In this document: positions 37,807 through 49,561 of the stretch, one piece after another
Layout of the letters: each line of letters starts with the position of its first letter
How positions within the stretch are numbered: the first letter of the stretch is position 1
Source of the DNA: Trichosphaerium sp. ATCC 40318
Lineage: Eukaryota > Protista > Tubulinea
Reading direction: 5' to 3'
Assembly (NCBI GenBank): GCA_038496445.1
Contig: JALMLS010000204.1
Span: 248,001-312,000 of the forward strand
DNA: 64,000 nt
Notes under the pieces: model-generated
The model's input: only the letters and a program-made list of their open reading frames with translations
Database searches by the model: none
Told to the model about the DNA's origin: nothing
Made by a program: the position numbers and the translations under genes

Positions 37807-38233
37807 ACATTTGTTGTAATCTTGTTCCATAGGTTTTTAAGTATAGTTACATGAGAAAATAAAACTACAAGACAAATGTGACGCTAAGTAAGAGCTAATG
37901 AAAAAATTAAAAACTTGACAAACTTATTTCTTTGTATCTTTCCTGTCGCCAATAACTAAGTAAACAAGCCGTTTCAAAAACTTAGATCCGTGCTACGACA
38001 AACCTAACTGTTAACTTGCAGACCTGACATTTCTATTTCAACCAAACCATGTACTTCTTGCAAGCATAACAAGCAGTACAAACAAACAAACAAAAAATCT
38101 CCAATCAAAATTTGTGTTGTACACGTGTTTGGGTTTATGGTATTGTAAAAAGAAATAACTAACTTATTACGCTTGCTTCAATAATACACACATACACTTT
38201 GGTTGAATATAATCTTTATTAATTTTTTGTACT

Positions 38234-40619
38234 TCAGTATGGAACATCAGCTAAGAAATAAGAAGTGAAAGAACTTGTATAATTTGCTTCAAGAATATAA
38301 TCACCTGATATAAGCTCATTAACTCCATGAACATTATTAGCATAAAGATAAATATCAGGTGAATTATAAACCTCAAAAACAGATTTTTGAGTTCCATGAA
38401 ACCAAGAATAAAAACCACTTCCATAAAGATGAATATCTCTTGATTCCTTAATATGCATAGCAGGGCTTGATGGAGGGTCTTGCCAGTAAGGTGTTTCTGT
38501 TTGTGTTAGAAGCATTATAACATTAGACGCCTTTGTAAAGTTGTACTGGTACATGTAACTGTGTTCGAATGCTGTTCCGTACATAATAAGATCACCTGAA
38601 GATTCACATAAAAACCCACGTGCATTTTTCACTGTAATATTTTTTCCTGTTACAATATCGTGGTCTGAATGAAAATGAGTTAGGTGGTTGATACTTTTTT
38701 AAATAGAATACTAAGTACCTGCTGTCCATCCCCACATATTTTCAATATAACCTCCAGCTGAGTCTACCAAAAAAAGTGAGTTTCTTTGTTGATTATCGTT
38801 TTTTTGAAGAAAAACCGTTTAAGTTTAGAGCGTACCTGTCATGTGAACCATACCCCAACCTCCATGGTCAAGTCTATAGTGTACATCCCACGTACTCAAG
38901 CTTCCAGAAGAATGTCGTAGAATAATACAACCAGGTAAGTCGCCTTGTAAGGACAACAACAAGTTCGCCATTCTGACATCACAACTTCTATCGTCTGGCA
39001 ATAAAAGCATAGCGGTTGGATCATTGTCATTCATGAATGCAGAGCTTCCGGCTTTACCCATTAACGTGGACCAAGCTTCTCCAATGAGTGCAGTTTTTGT
39101 CTTTAGTTTAATGGTGTCACTGATAAGGTACACGCCAGCTGGAAAGAATACTGAATCTGATGAGTCAATTGCTTTTTGGATTGCTTCAGTGTCATCCGAT
39201 TTTCCGTCGCCCTTTGCTCCAAATGTTCTTACATTAGCTACTGATCCGTCATCGAAATCAGGCCTTTGCTTTTGTACAAGATTTTTATCTGGTCTATTTG
39301 ATGGAAGGTTTCCTTGTACTGCTGGAAGTGCTTTACCTTTCGAAAAAGCAGGTCCTTGACGCCAAGAGTTTACTTTTACTTCACCATTGGCGTTACCTTG
39401 TAGACTCCTGTCGACAATGTAGGCACATTTATTAGTGGTAACGCGATCGAGTAGGATAGCTTGAGCTCGTTTAGGGTAATCTGTAGTGACACACGTGCCT
39501 GGAGAATAAAAAAGTTAAGAATTTATTCGGAATATTTTGTAATATTTATAACCCAACGTACCACAGTTTGTGAAGGATGCATCGAGTATTGTCATTGATG
39601 TAGACGCTCCTCCTTGGAACTGTATACCAACAGGTGAGTTCGTAACACTTATACCGACAGTAGAAAAGACCCAATTCCAGATAACTGCAACGCCGACTTG
39701 GCGGGTGTCTGTTACTTTTATGTTTCGAAATGTCCATTGTTGACCGCCTATTTGTAACCCAATGTTACCCCCGGTTATGTCTAAGTCTGACATGAAGCCA
39801 CCGCTACCGTTTTCGGCTATAGTGAAGGTTATTAAAGGCCATAATTTATTGATAACGGTTACCGAAAACAGCCATGTCGCCACTACCGACGTCAATTTTC
39901 AAGTTTCGCAATGATGTTGCTTGTGCCACTGCCCAATGTATGACAACTGCTGCACTATTTCCAGAGGATATCTTTAAATAACATTAGACTTTCCTTTCGA
40001 AAAAAAAAGGATGGTGGTACCTCAATCTCAAAGTTATGTATTTGATGATAAAAGTTTGAGGTGTGCTCAGAACCACCGTAAGTCGCTTCAAGGACAAACT
40101 TTCTTCCGGTATTGAACCCAGGCGAGTTTGGCGCTAATACTATTTTTGGTCTACACTATCACGTGCGTTAGCACGTGGTTTATTTAACTAGTTTCGTAAA
40201 AAGAGCGTTTTCTGGCGTAAATGAAAAGAAAAACAAAATTACCTTGAAGTTTCCAACGAACTGAGTGCCAAAATATAGAGGTATAGTGCCTGATATCTTG
40301 TACGTTCCAGTTGGTACGTAAACAATCCTTGTGGCATCAGAAAAAGTTGGTGATACGCCTTCTGTTAGAGCTCTTATTATCGCTGCTGTATCATCAGTTA
40401 CGCCGTCTCCCTATTGTAACTGTAAGGAAATACTGTTGTAACTTTTTTTCACGTGTCTCGTCACATAACGCTTACCTTCGCTCCGTAATCTTTTACGTTC
40501 CTAAAAGAAGGCCCATGTTCGGTCTTATCGTACCATGTTTCGCAATCGTCGTACGATGATGCTTTTGTAGTACATACAAGCACAACCACTATAAGGAACA
40601 GTGATACAACGCTGTACAT
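38234..40619 (-). CDS. GH55-like exo-beta-1,3-glucanase (two pectate_lyase_3 beta-helix repeats), secreted (multi-exon)
   Basis: Signal peptide, FRNVKDYGAKGDGVTDDTAAI, IHWAVAQATSLRN, ENGSGGFMSDL..GGN.G..GGQQWT.RN, second repeat NVRTFGAKGDGKSDDTEAIQ, ENMWGWTADHD, GTAFEHS.MYQY and QTETPYWQ. Confidence 0.88.
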
Positions 40620-40822
40620 CACTGGTATGAGCGGAAAAGATATTGGCGTCAAGTTTGGTCTTCAAGGCTTTCAAAAAAAAAAGTTGAAGAAAGAAGGAAA
40701 GTACTGATTATACGGTCAATCGCGGCTCTGGTTGTTCGCCTCCTACCTCCCATTGCCTGGTTCACATAACCAGACATGGGCACATGTGACTGCAGATACC
40801 ACGTGTAATAAATTACAATAAT

Positions 40823-43060
40823 CTAACGCAGTTTTATTCGTTTTCTACATAAAGTCTCATTTAAATCTAAAGGGTGTTGCCTTTTACTATCAGCTACACC
40901 TTCTAAACCATTACCTAGCATACAAATCAACTTCATGTAAAAAGAAAGGAACTGATAGTAAGAAAAAGAGGAAAAGAATAAGCACAAATGGCTGTGGTTT
41001 TTTTTTGTGTTACCAAGTTGACCACCGACAACTCTAAGGTCTGGCTCTAATGCGCACATCTCTAACTTGAACCAAGCATGAGACAATGCTTGATTTGTAT
41101 TGTAACGTTTTCTTGGATCCACTACAAGTAGGTGATCTATCAAATCCTTGGCTGAAAAGAAGTTTGTGTTAGTTGTGTTAATGAAAGGTGAGCACGTTTC
41201 AAACTCATTAATTTGGTTTGGTAGGTTGTTACCTTCAGCTGAGATATCTTCCCATCCTTTGTTATCATCAAACTTAAAATCTCTCTCTTTTATCTTATCA
41301 TAGAGCTGCTTTTCTTGAGTATCTTCAAAAGGGTGATATCCAACTAACCTATTTACAAAACAATTGATTTTTTGTGACATTGTGACAACGTACATTACAA
41401 AAACAATTACGCCTAGTGACCATAAATCACATGTCTTATCATATCCTTTCTTATCTAAAATTTCAGGTGCTAATCACGTGTGTTAGACTAACGATAATCA
41501 CTTTCAGTACTTACCAACATACTGTGGTGTACCACACATAGTTTTCATATTTTTTTCTTCCTCACCAACAATGCGACTAAGGTAACCAATTTTAACACAA
41601 AAGCCAAAAACTCCAACAGCACTTAAACACACTTTAAGTAAACAAAACCAAGACTTGCCTTAATCCAAAATCGCTTAACTTCAGTGTTTCTTTCTCTCCA
41701 TCATCATGTATTAGTATGTTCTCTGGTTTAAGATCACGATGTGCAATACCTGCAAGGATGTAAGAGTCATCATTGGGTGTTACGCAGTAAGCGTACCGTG
41801 GTTGTGTAAGTACTGTATTGCTTCTAAAATTTGTTTGCAGTAAACACGTGCTTGTTTTTCTGAAAATCCTGACTGATTTTCTATTATTTTGTCGAAAAGT
41901 TCACCTCCTGTAGCCCTAAAATTGACTTTAGTTACATCAAATCATACATTATAATACCACTTACAGATCTAATACAAGGTATAGTGTATGAGCAGTAGAG
42001 TAAACATCATAAATCCCAATAATCTAAGAAAAAAAAATAAACAAACCTCAAATCAAACTAGTTTTCAAAAAAAACTCGTCCCACATCGTCCCAAATCGTG
42101 TTCACGTACATTTTTATGAGACACTTTTTGTAAAATTTTAACTTCTTCCATGAGTGCATCAGGTCGTTTGTAGTTGCTTGACAGTAAAAATTTCTTTTTG
42201 CTTATGATTTTTAAAGCATAGTTTTTTCCAGTGACACGATGAACAACACGCTTTACAGTAGCGAAATTACCAGTACCAAGTATTTCAAGAACACTATAAT
42301 CTTTTTGAGGTCCACCTTCTTCAATTTCCTTTGCCACCTCTTTACAGTCTTGAAAAACAAATTTTATGTTTTCTAAATACATATTAAGCGTTTTAAAGAG
42401 CGTGTAGGTAATTTTCAATGAATATCGGCGCTACCATCCAAAACAGGCTTGTAATTTGCCTCCAATCGCTTGAATAATGCTGTACCTTTGTGTTTAGCTC
42501 CTTTGATGAGAACTCCAAGTGTGGCGCCATTTTGAAGCAACTCGCGCTTGCCTTTTCCAATCAATTCGCCATCAATGTACGTTCCATTCGTGCTGTATAG
42601 TTTAATAACAAGATAAAGGGTTTAAAACGAAGTTTGAAAAAGAAAATTCCGCCAATTATTATTTCACTACGTAATCATACTGGTTGACGCGTGTTTATGT
42701 TATAGCGATACTAGCGAGAGTACTTTTAAGCTTTTGTAAATTATAATTTAAAAAAAAAGTACAAAAGGGGTTCCCGTACCTTGTATCCACTACCCACATT
42801 GTGTAGTCGCTATGTATTTGGCTTAACTTTTCTCTGTGGATCTTGCAATGTCGTCCAGATATTGCTGGTTCAGAAAATATGTAGTCGCACTGTGAGGCTC
42901 TACCCATCACAAAGACGTCATTTTCGATGTTTATATTTGGGTGTTTTGCATTTAACGATATTAGACGACCCCACACTTGGTCTTCATCTTCAACCATATC
43001 ATTGAAGCTTTCACAGTCCTCCAGTGGCTGTGTTAAGCCTTGAGTCTCGCTTTCAGCCAT
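40823..43060 (-). CDS. CHEK2: CHK2/Cds1-like FHA-domain Ser/Thr kinase (multi-exon)
   Basis: N-terminal TQ sites, FHA (WGRLIS..GRASQCD..ISGRHC..DTSTNGT), kinase motifs LGTGNFATV, ALK, HRDLKPEN, DFG, CGTPQYVAPE. Confidence 0.85.
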
Positions 43061-43112
43061 TGTCGCTCAAAATTGGTGGTTTTACAGCGCTGACAGTATT
43101 GCTATTATACGT

Positions 43113-43700
43113 ATGAGTGCAGAGACTTACTATGATGATGTGGAAGTACACAAACTAAATAAGGCATTAGAACCAAAACTGACGTCAAGAGAAGTCTTGC
43201 GCACGCGTTCTCAAGTGTACAGGATTGACCAACTTTCTAAAAAGAGATTTATTGCTTCAGACGCTGTACGTACAAGGGTGGTATAGCGAGGAAATACCTC
43301 TCATGGCGACAATCTATTAAGTGTTCGATATGTGAATTGCTTTAGCGAATTGTCGAAAGCAACTGACTATTGTGTAGAATACTTGAAATTGCAAAAGGAT
43401 TTTGCGTGAAACTTTAGTGTGCAAACACATGCCAAAGGGTGTCAAGAACTGCCTTCGTCAGTCTTTTCGTCCTTGCAAAAAAGCAATTCACAGGAGCCCT
43501 TACTTATTACGGTTGCTGCTTTCGAGTTCTACCTACTAGAACGAGTCGCATCTTGATTTACTATTAATACCAAATTACCTGACTAACAGTCCAACAACCT
43601 CCTGCTCAAGAGGTTAAATCTCAATCCGACCAGCCCCATAGTAAATGGAACTACTCATACTTATTTAAACCTATCTAAAAACGAGTCGTACAACAGCTCT
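43113..43700 (+). pseudogene. Possible decayed LRR-type coding remnant
   Basis: Short ATG-started frame (MSAETYYDDVEVHKL...) and scattered LRR-like fragments (ELPSSVFSSL, LLLKRLNLN, YLNLSKNE) broken by stops. Confidence 0.25.
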
Positions 43701-44329
43701 ATAACTTTCAAATAGATAAACTAAAGATTAATCACATGTCCACAAAAAAGTCAAATCAAAGCGTCTTTGTTTTTTTGGTTTTACATCACACACAAAGTCA
43801 AAAATATAGCTCAACAATTAGACTTGTTTTGTTGGTCACGTTCTGATAGTCAAGTTCGTTCTGACCAAACGTCTGAAATGTCTTTCATGTTCAGTCATTG
43901 GAGAATGTAGAACCTCGACGTTTTACGTGAGATATAATTCTCTCCTCAATTTTGTGTATTTATACATACTAAAAACCTACCCTATCTAGGCTACGAATTT
44001 TTGAGAAGATAATAACCACTTACTAACAAGTTGTTGTACATTTACTACACAAAGTAGCTCGTGTAGTTTGACGGAGTCATAAACAAACGACCATTACATT
44101 AATTATATGATTATACTGGTTTTGTATTCTTATTAATTAATCTCCGGCCCATCGAGTCGTCATCAAAAAAGTCAACTTTTGTAAACCCAAAAGTTGTGGA
44201 TTTCACAATAAAGAATACGTAACTCCCCAATGTCACAACAACGCCGTGGCTTTTCCAAGTATTATGACAAACGCCCAAAGGAGCGCGTGTTGAAACGGTC
44301 AAACAGAGAATCCATACAGTATGTACTTC

Positions 44330-45564
44330 ATAATATCTGCGATACTGGCAACTAATATTTCTTTGGGCTCCGATTTTGACAGCAGCATTGAAGCCTTACG
44401 GATTTACCTATGTTGACTATCCCGTGATAGACGTTTGGACTAAACTTAAAAAGCAACGTAACATTATTGGTATTGGAAAAGCCAAGACACCAATGGCATT
44501 TTTCACCTTCAAGTGGGATAATAAGATGTTTGACAACTTGTTATTCACAAGCACATATGAACAACATCACACTGACCTAAAAAATGGGATCACTACCCAT
44601 ATGACGAACTTCTCTGGCATAGTGATATGGCATGGGATTATTGGAATACAGAATATTCGCACATTGTGGAGCACAGGTGAAGCACAAATTTTATTTACTG
44701 GGAAAACAGGTTTGTTGCAACTTAATCACTACTTCAACATCTCTGCCAACATGAAATTTGATGCTAACATGGTACATTCATTTCTAGTGATTGTCTTTAA
44801 GCGCCACATGGTACCAGGTTATTTCACTTGTGCTGATGAAATCTGTATTCCATCATAATATTTCAATTGCCATATAAAAACTCACAACACTAAGAAACCA
44901 TAAGCATGGGCCATAGAATTGAAGCGTCTCGATGATTCGAACTAGGTATCTGATTGACTTTATCAATGCTTTGATATAGCCTCATCTCACACCAAATGAA
45001 TCCTTCTTTCATGTGCAAAATGGTCGAAAACAATTGGAAGGCACTTTTTTAACATGTGGCTCTAATTTTTGTTCAGCCATGGATCTCAACAAGCCGGGGG
45101 AATTTGACTTAGAAGCTACTTCTTCATGTAATAACAACCACTGTCAGTGGCCTTGAAGCAATCACTTGCAAAAAAAGTGCCTGTGGGATACACAAGATTG
45201 GCACCATTGGACAAAACTGTTGCCGTTGCAACAAATAACAATGAAATCGTAAAGTTGGCCACCACTCTCTACTGTGTGCATGATGACAAAAGTTCATTTG
45301 ACAGTAGCAATAAAAGGTATGTTCAAAAATAAAAATGATGACACCAAGGGAAATAGTGATCAATTTGGCCAGCTGGTCAAGTCCTATTGTACAGATAGGC
45401 GGTTCAAAAAATGGAACATGACACTTCTTGTTGGTTGGTTTTACTACACCCTCACAACTGCTTTTATTCTGTATAAGTGTCAAGACGGACCCTTACTCCA
45501 AAGGTTTTTTACAAGAAATTGCAACGGAATTGCTTCTCACAGGGACAGGAAAATAACCTCCTAA
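44330..45564 (+). mobile_element. Decayed piggyBac-family (PGBD/DDE_Tnp_1_7) transposase relic
   Basis: Fragments TPMAFF, PGYFTCADEICIP (PG..L.VDE.MIP), KKP*AWAIELKRLDDS (KP.KYGIK..L.D) and DQFGQLVKSYCTDRRFKKWNMTLL...AFILYK (DQ...Y...RR..KW...L..NA.ILY), with multiple stops and frameshifts. No TTAA-bounded TIRs were identified. Confidence 0.78.
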
Positions 45565-45797
45565 TAAATTTGTGGCAGTTTTTTTTTTCTTGTGATTTTT
45601 CATGACGACTCCTTTGGCCGGGTAATGTCACAATCATCATATTAATATGTGTTCTCTTAATCTCATTTTAACGCTCTGCATTTTGTGTTTAAAATGGTTC
45701 TATTTTTAAGTTTCAAACATACCACGAAGTTCGCCACTCGTCTCTCACAACAACATACAGTGCCACATAAAGGCCATCGCATACTTTTTAGAGTAAA

Positions 45798-46782
45798 ATG
45801 ACAAACCTAACAGACAAGAGTTTTGGTGTAGAATCTGATGAAAGACATCTATTACGCCTTCCAGTTGAGATTCTACTCAATATCATGGATTTAGACGCAT
45901 CAACATATTTAATTTGGCCGCTTCTTTCGAAACAGGCGGCAATGATGACAAGGTTTGATGGTGACTTGAAAAAACATGGAAAATGGCAACAAACGGCCGA
46001 CAACTACAGAATTGTACGTGAGTATTTGTGCCGAAAATAATGTTCGAAGCCCGAAAGCGGCAAATCTTTTTCAACAATGTGTTTAATCTTATATTAGACT
46101 GAGCATTGGTCGCATGGTGAGCAACACGGAGAATACAAGAAGTGGTACAGAAACGGCCAATTGGAGCGGCAGTGCAATTATGTGAATGGTAAACAAGAAG
46201 GAGAGTACAAGCGTTGGCATGAACATGGCGTTTTATGGGAGCAGTGCAGTTATGTTAATGGTTTACTAGAAGGAGAGTTCAAGAAGTGGCATCAAAATGG
46301 CCAATTGGAGCAGCAATGCAATTATGTGAATGGTAAACAAGAAGGAGAGTACAAACAGTGGTTCGATAATGGCGATTTGTACGTGCAGAGCAGTTATGTG
46401 AATGGTTTACTAGAAGGAGAGTTCAAGCGGTGGCATTATAAAGGCCCTTTGCAGTGCCAGTGTAGCTACATCAAAGGTAAAAAAGAAGGAGAGCAAGGAG
46501 TGGTGGCATGGCAATGGCCAATTGATGTGGCACTCTTATTATGTCAATGGTGAGTATGAAGGAGAGGATAAGCGGTGGCATCGCAATGGGCAATTGCTGT
46601 GGCAGTGTAACTATATTAATGGTAAAAAAGAAGGAGAGTATAAACAGTGGCATGACAATGGTCAACTGAAGAGGCACTGCAATTATGTCAATGATAAACG
46701 AGAAGGAGAGTATAAACAGTGGCATGACAATGGCCAATTGAAGAAGCACTGCAATTTTCACAATGACAAAGAGTGCGAATGA
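45798..46782 (+). CDS. F-box-like + MORN-variant repeat gene with one candidate intron (46014-46097) and a +1 frameshift near 46497
   Basis: N-terminus nearly identical to the 14884 copy (LPVEILLNIMDLDASTYLIWPLLSKQAAMMTRFD..KHGKWQ). About 9 MORN-variant repeats with recent 144-nt and 72-nt internal duplications. Confidence 0.78.
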
Positions 46783-47112
46783 TGTGCATTACCACAGGTT
46801 TTAGATACGGGGAAAAAATTTGAGCGTAGTCTTTGTACAAAAACGTTTGATGACATCAACGTCAAACCCAAGATCCTGGCCATAAGTGATCCAATAAAAG
46901 GCAGTTCAAAATATATGTTAATTACAAAACTAGTAAATTTACAAAAAGAACAAAGTTGGTATGGGTGTAATGTATTATTGCCGACATGCTGAGACATGTG
47001 CTTTTTTTTTCTTTTTATTAAATTTAGTTGGGTCTTGTCTAAATTTAGACGCAACCAATTGATTATTGTTTTTTGTTCTTGTTTGTTTCTAGTACTACAA
47101 AAAAACCTTGGC

Positions 47113-49372
47113 TTAACTTGAAATTTCAATTGGGAGTGTATGTAAACAAATACCAAAGAAGTGGTTGATAGTGCCACCTGAAAGAAAAAATCGTCAGAAA
47201 AGAAAAGAAAAAAAAACCATGATAAAGTTTCGTACCAAGTACAAATAAATGCCACAATACATGATAACGTGGTATCTAAAAAAAAAGCCCAGTGAGCACA
47301 GAAAATCAAGTAAATAGTATCATACCTTGTTGCCAAGAATATAGAAAGGTACACCAATAGTGTAGCATAGACCTCCGGCTAATAGCCAATATACCATCTA
47401 AACAACAAATAAATATGTTGGTTTTTTCTAAAAAGAAAATGTCTCGAGAAAAAAAAAAAAGAACTTACATCCATTGACACATAGTCATGTACGTTTTCTA
47501 TCATTATTAATGGACCTGCAGCCCATCCCATTGCTAGAAATTAATAATAAGTTATTTAAAATATACAATGAGCTTAGTAATACCAAGCATGAGTGTTAGT
47601 TTTGCTGCCTTTAAATTTTTCCTGTCGCTGATAGCATCGATGCAAATGCCAATGAAAGCACAAACCCACTCGAATACAAGGACAGCAGGCATCCATTTAA
47701 ATTTATTGCAATTAATTAGCAGTACTGGTGTGTATGTACCTTTAAAGAAAAGTTATTTAAACGTATATTAAAGAGAAAGGACAAGGGTTCGAAAGAGAAT
47801 ATCACGTGCCAGCAATTAAGAAGTAAATTGCGCAATGGTCAAGTTTTTGGAATAAATATCTGGTTCTACCAAGAGTAACGAAACTATGGAATAAGCATGA
47901 TGCCATGTATACACTCAACTAGTTTAAACATTAGTATATTAGTGCACAATATATTAATAGGTTAATGAAATCTAACGTACCATACTGAATCCATAAATCA
48001 ATGCAGCTGCCAAATGCCATGGCGACTTATTGTAGCACTGACTTAGCAAGTACACTAAAGCACAAACAGCGAACAAAATACCAAAACCTGCGAAAAAAGA
48101 ATGTAAGAAAATCATCCGCACGTGACAAAATTTGAAAAAAAAAAAATGTGATACGGTTGACCTTAGTAGGCCGTTGAAACAGTTTCTCCGAAAGCAAGGG
48201 TTGCTAACGGATTGTAGTTGGATTTTTTTGAAAATGTTTTTAGGATGGCGTACCATGGGTTATTGCGTTGAGTATCTCTTCCGCAAGTGAGTTTTTATCA
48301 GTTTCAATTTCAATCTGATGAGGTTCATCTAATGTTCTACGTCTTGTTTCATTACACTTGAGGCAAGCTATACGTAGCTTTGATACCTCACTGTAAGGTA
48401 TCAAATTATTCGTTACATCAAAAAATCTCAAATCGTGGTTTCCTTTCTACGATATCCGTCAGCTTTCTTTAGACTTTGGAGAAACAAAAACAACAATATA
48501 AAAAAAACCAACTGTCTCAACCTTACTAACACCACAACATGCAGTTCAAGGCGCTTTTTTGTGGTTGAAATTCTCAAGATTATTCTTAACGTACCGTTAT
48601 AGCTGTCACGAAAGCAATAGCTCCTTTCGATAGTCTAAAGGTCATACATAAGTTAATAGATATAGAAACGAGGATAGAAGGGAAGTACTTACAGTTTGTT
48701 GCCATGCAAATTTAGAATTTGTAGAGTAGTGTTTGTAAGTAGACTATTAGCCAGAGCACGAGCGCCACGTGGTCCTACACCAGACTCTTGAAGATTAAGC
48801 TTCTTTATATGCTTATCATGCTCCAATACTTTTGCGAGTATGATTACACCGTTAGAGTTTATTTTACTTCGAGAGAAGTCTAGGGAGTCAAAGTATACTG
48901 CCTCTTCAGTGTTATCGACTACTCAACGTCAACAAAAAACGAAACGAAAAAATTCGAAAAAAAAAAAACGTTTTTTGTCTTTCGGTTCCTTCTGTTTAGA
49001 AACTTCGTACCAATATTAGGATCAGTCGGTTTATGCTCATAGTGGAAGTTAGGGGCATTATGGTCCAACATAATCAATTCTGCTAACGCTGCACTAACTA
49101 AATGTGAGAATACGCTAAAAATTAATAGTCGCGTTGTCTTTTTGTGTTACCATTCGTTCTCTGTGTACGGGTGTCCAGGCTACAATTTCAGTGGGTAAAG
49201 ACGATTCGACAGATTAACGAACCTTAAAGTGCGATCTACGCGTCTTCAACGCCATTATTACAGCGGAGTCTGGTTGTATTTGGTATTTCTTTGCCATAGC
49301 CAAGTAAAATTGCTCTTTTTGCATAACAGTAAGCGTACGCTTCGCTAATACGCGCTTTGTTGCCTTTGACAT
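47113..49372 (-). CDS. RI-like LRR domain fused to a hemolysin III/PAQR 7TM membrane protein (multi-exon)
   Basis: LRR exons ([57 protein letters not shown]) splice into one exon running [11 protein letters not shown]...[10 protein letters not shown]. HlyIII motifs follow: [40 protein letters not shown]. Confidence 0.82.
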
Positions 49373-49561
49373 ATTGTCACTCAAGTCTACAAGTCAGTGC
49401 GTTGGGAAACCGCAAACTACCGAAATTGACTTTTATTTATATCCGTCTGAAAAGACATGCTTATCACTTTTATTTGTTGTCTAAAACAACAGGAAATGGA
49501 TGAGTTTTTTTTTATTTGAAATTATTTTAATTTACATTTTTTTTTGTTGAAATTTCTCCGT

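Noticed and set aside
40740-40800. TPP riboswitch-like look of the minus-strand hairpin
   Set aside because: It lacks the conserved CUGAGA and ACCUGAU core, and the neighbouring genes are not thiamine-related.
46758-47357. 199-aa hydrophobic ORF
   Set aside because: Runs through T-rich introns and the 3' region of the HlyIII gene in a different frame; compositional artefact.
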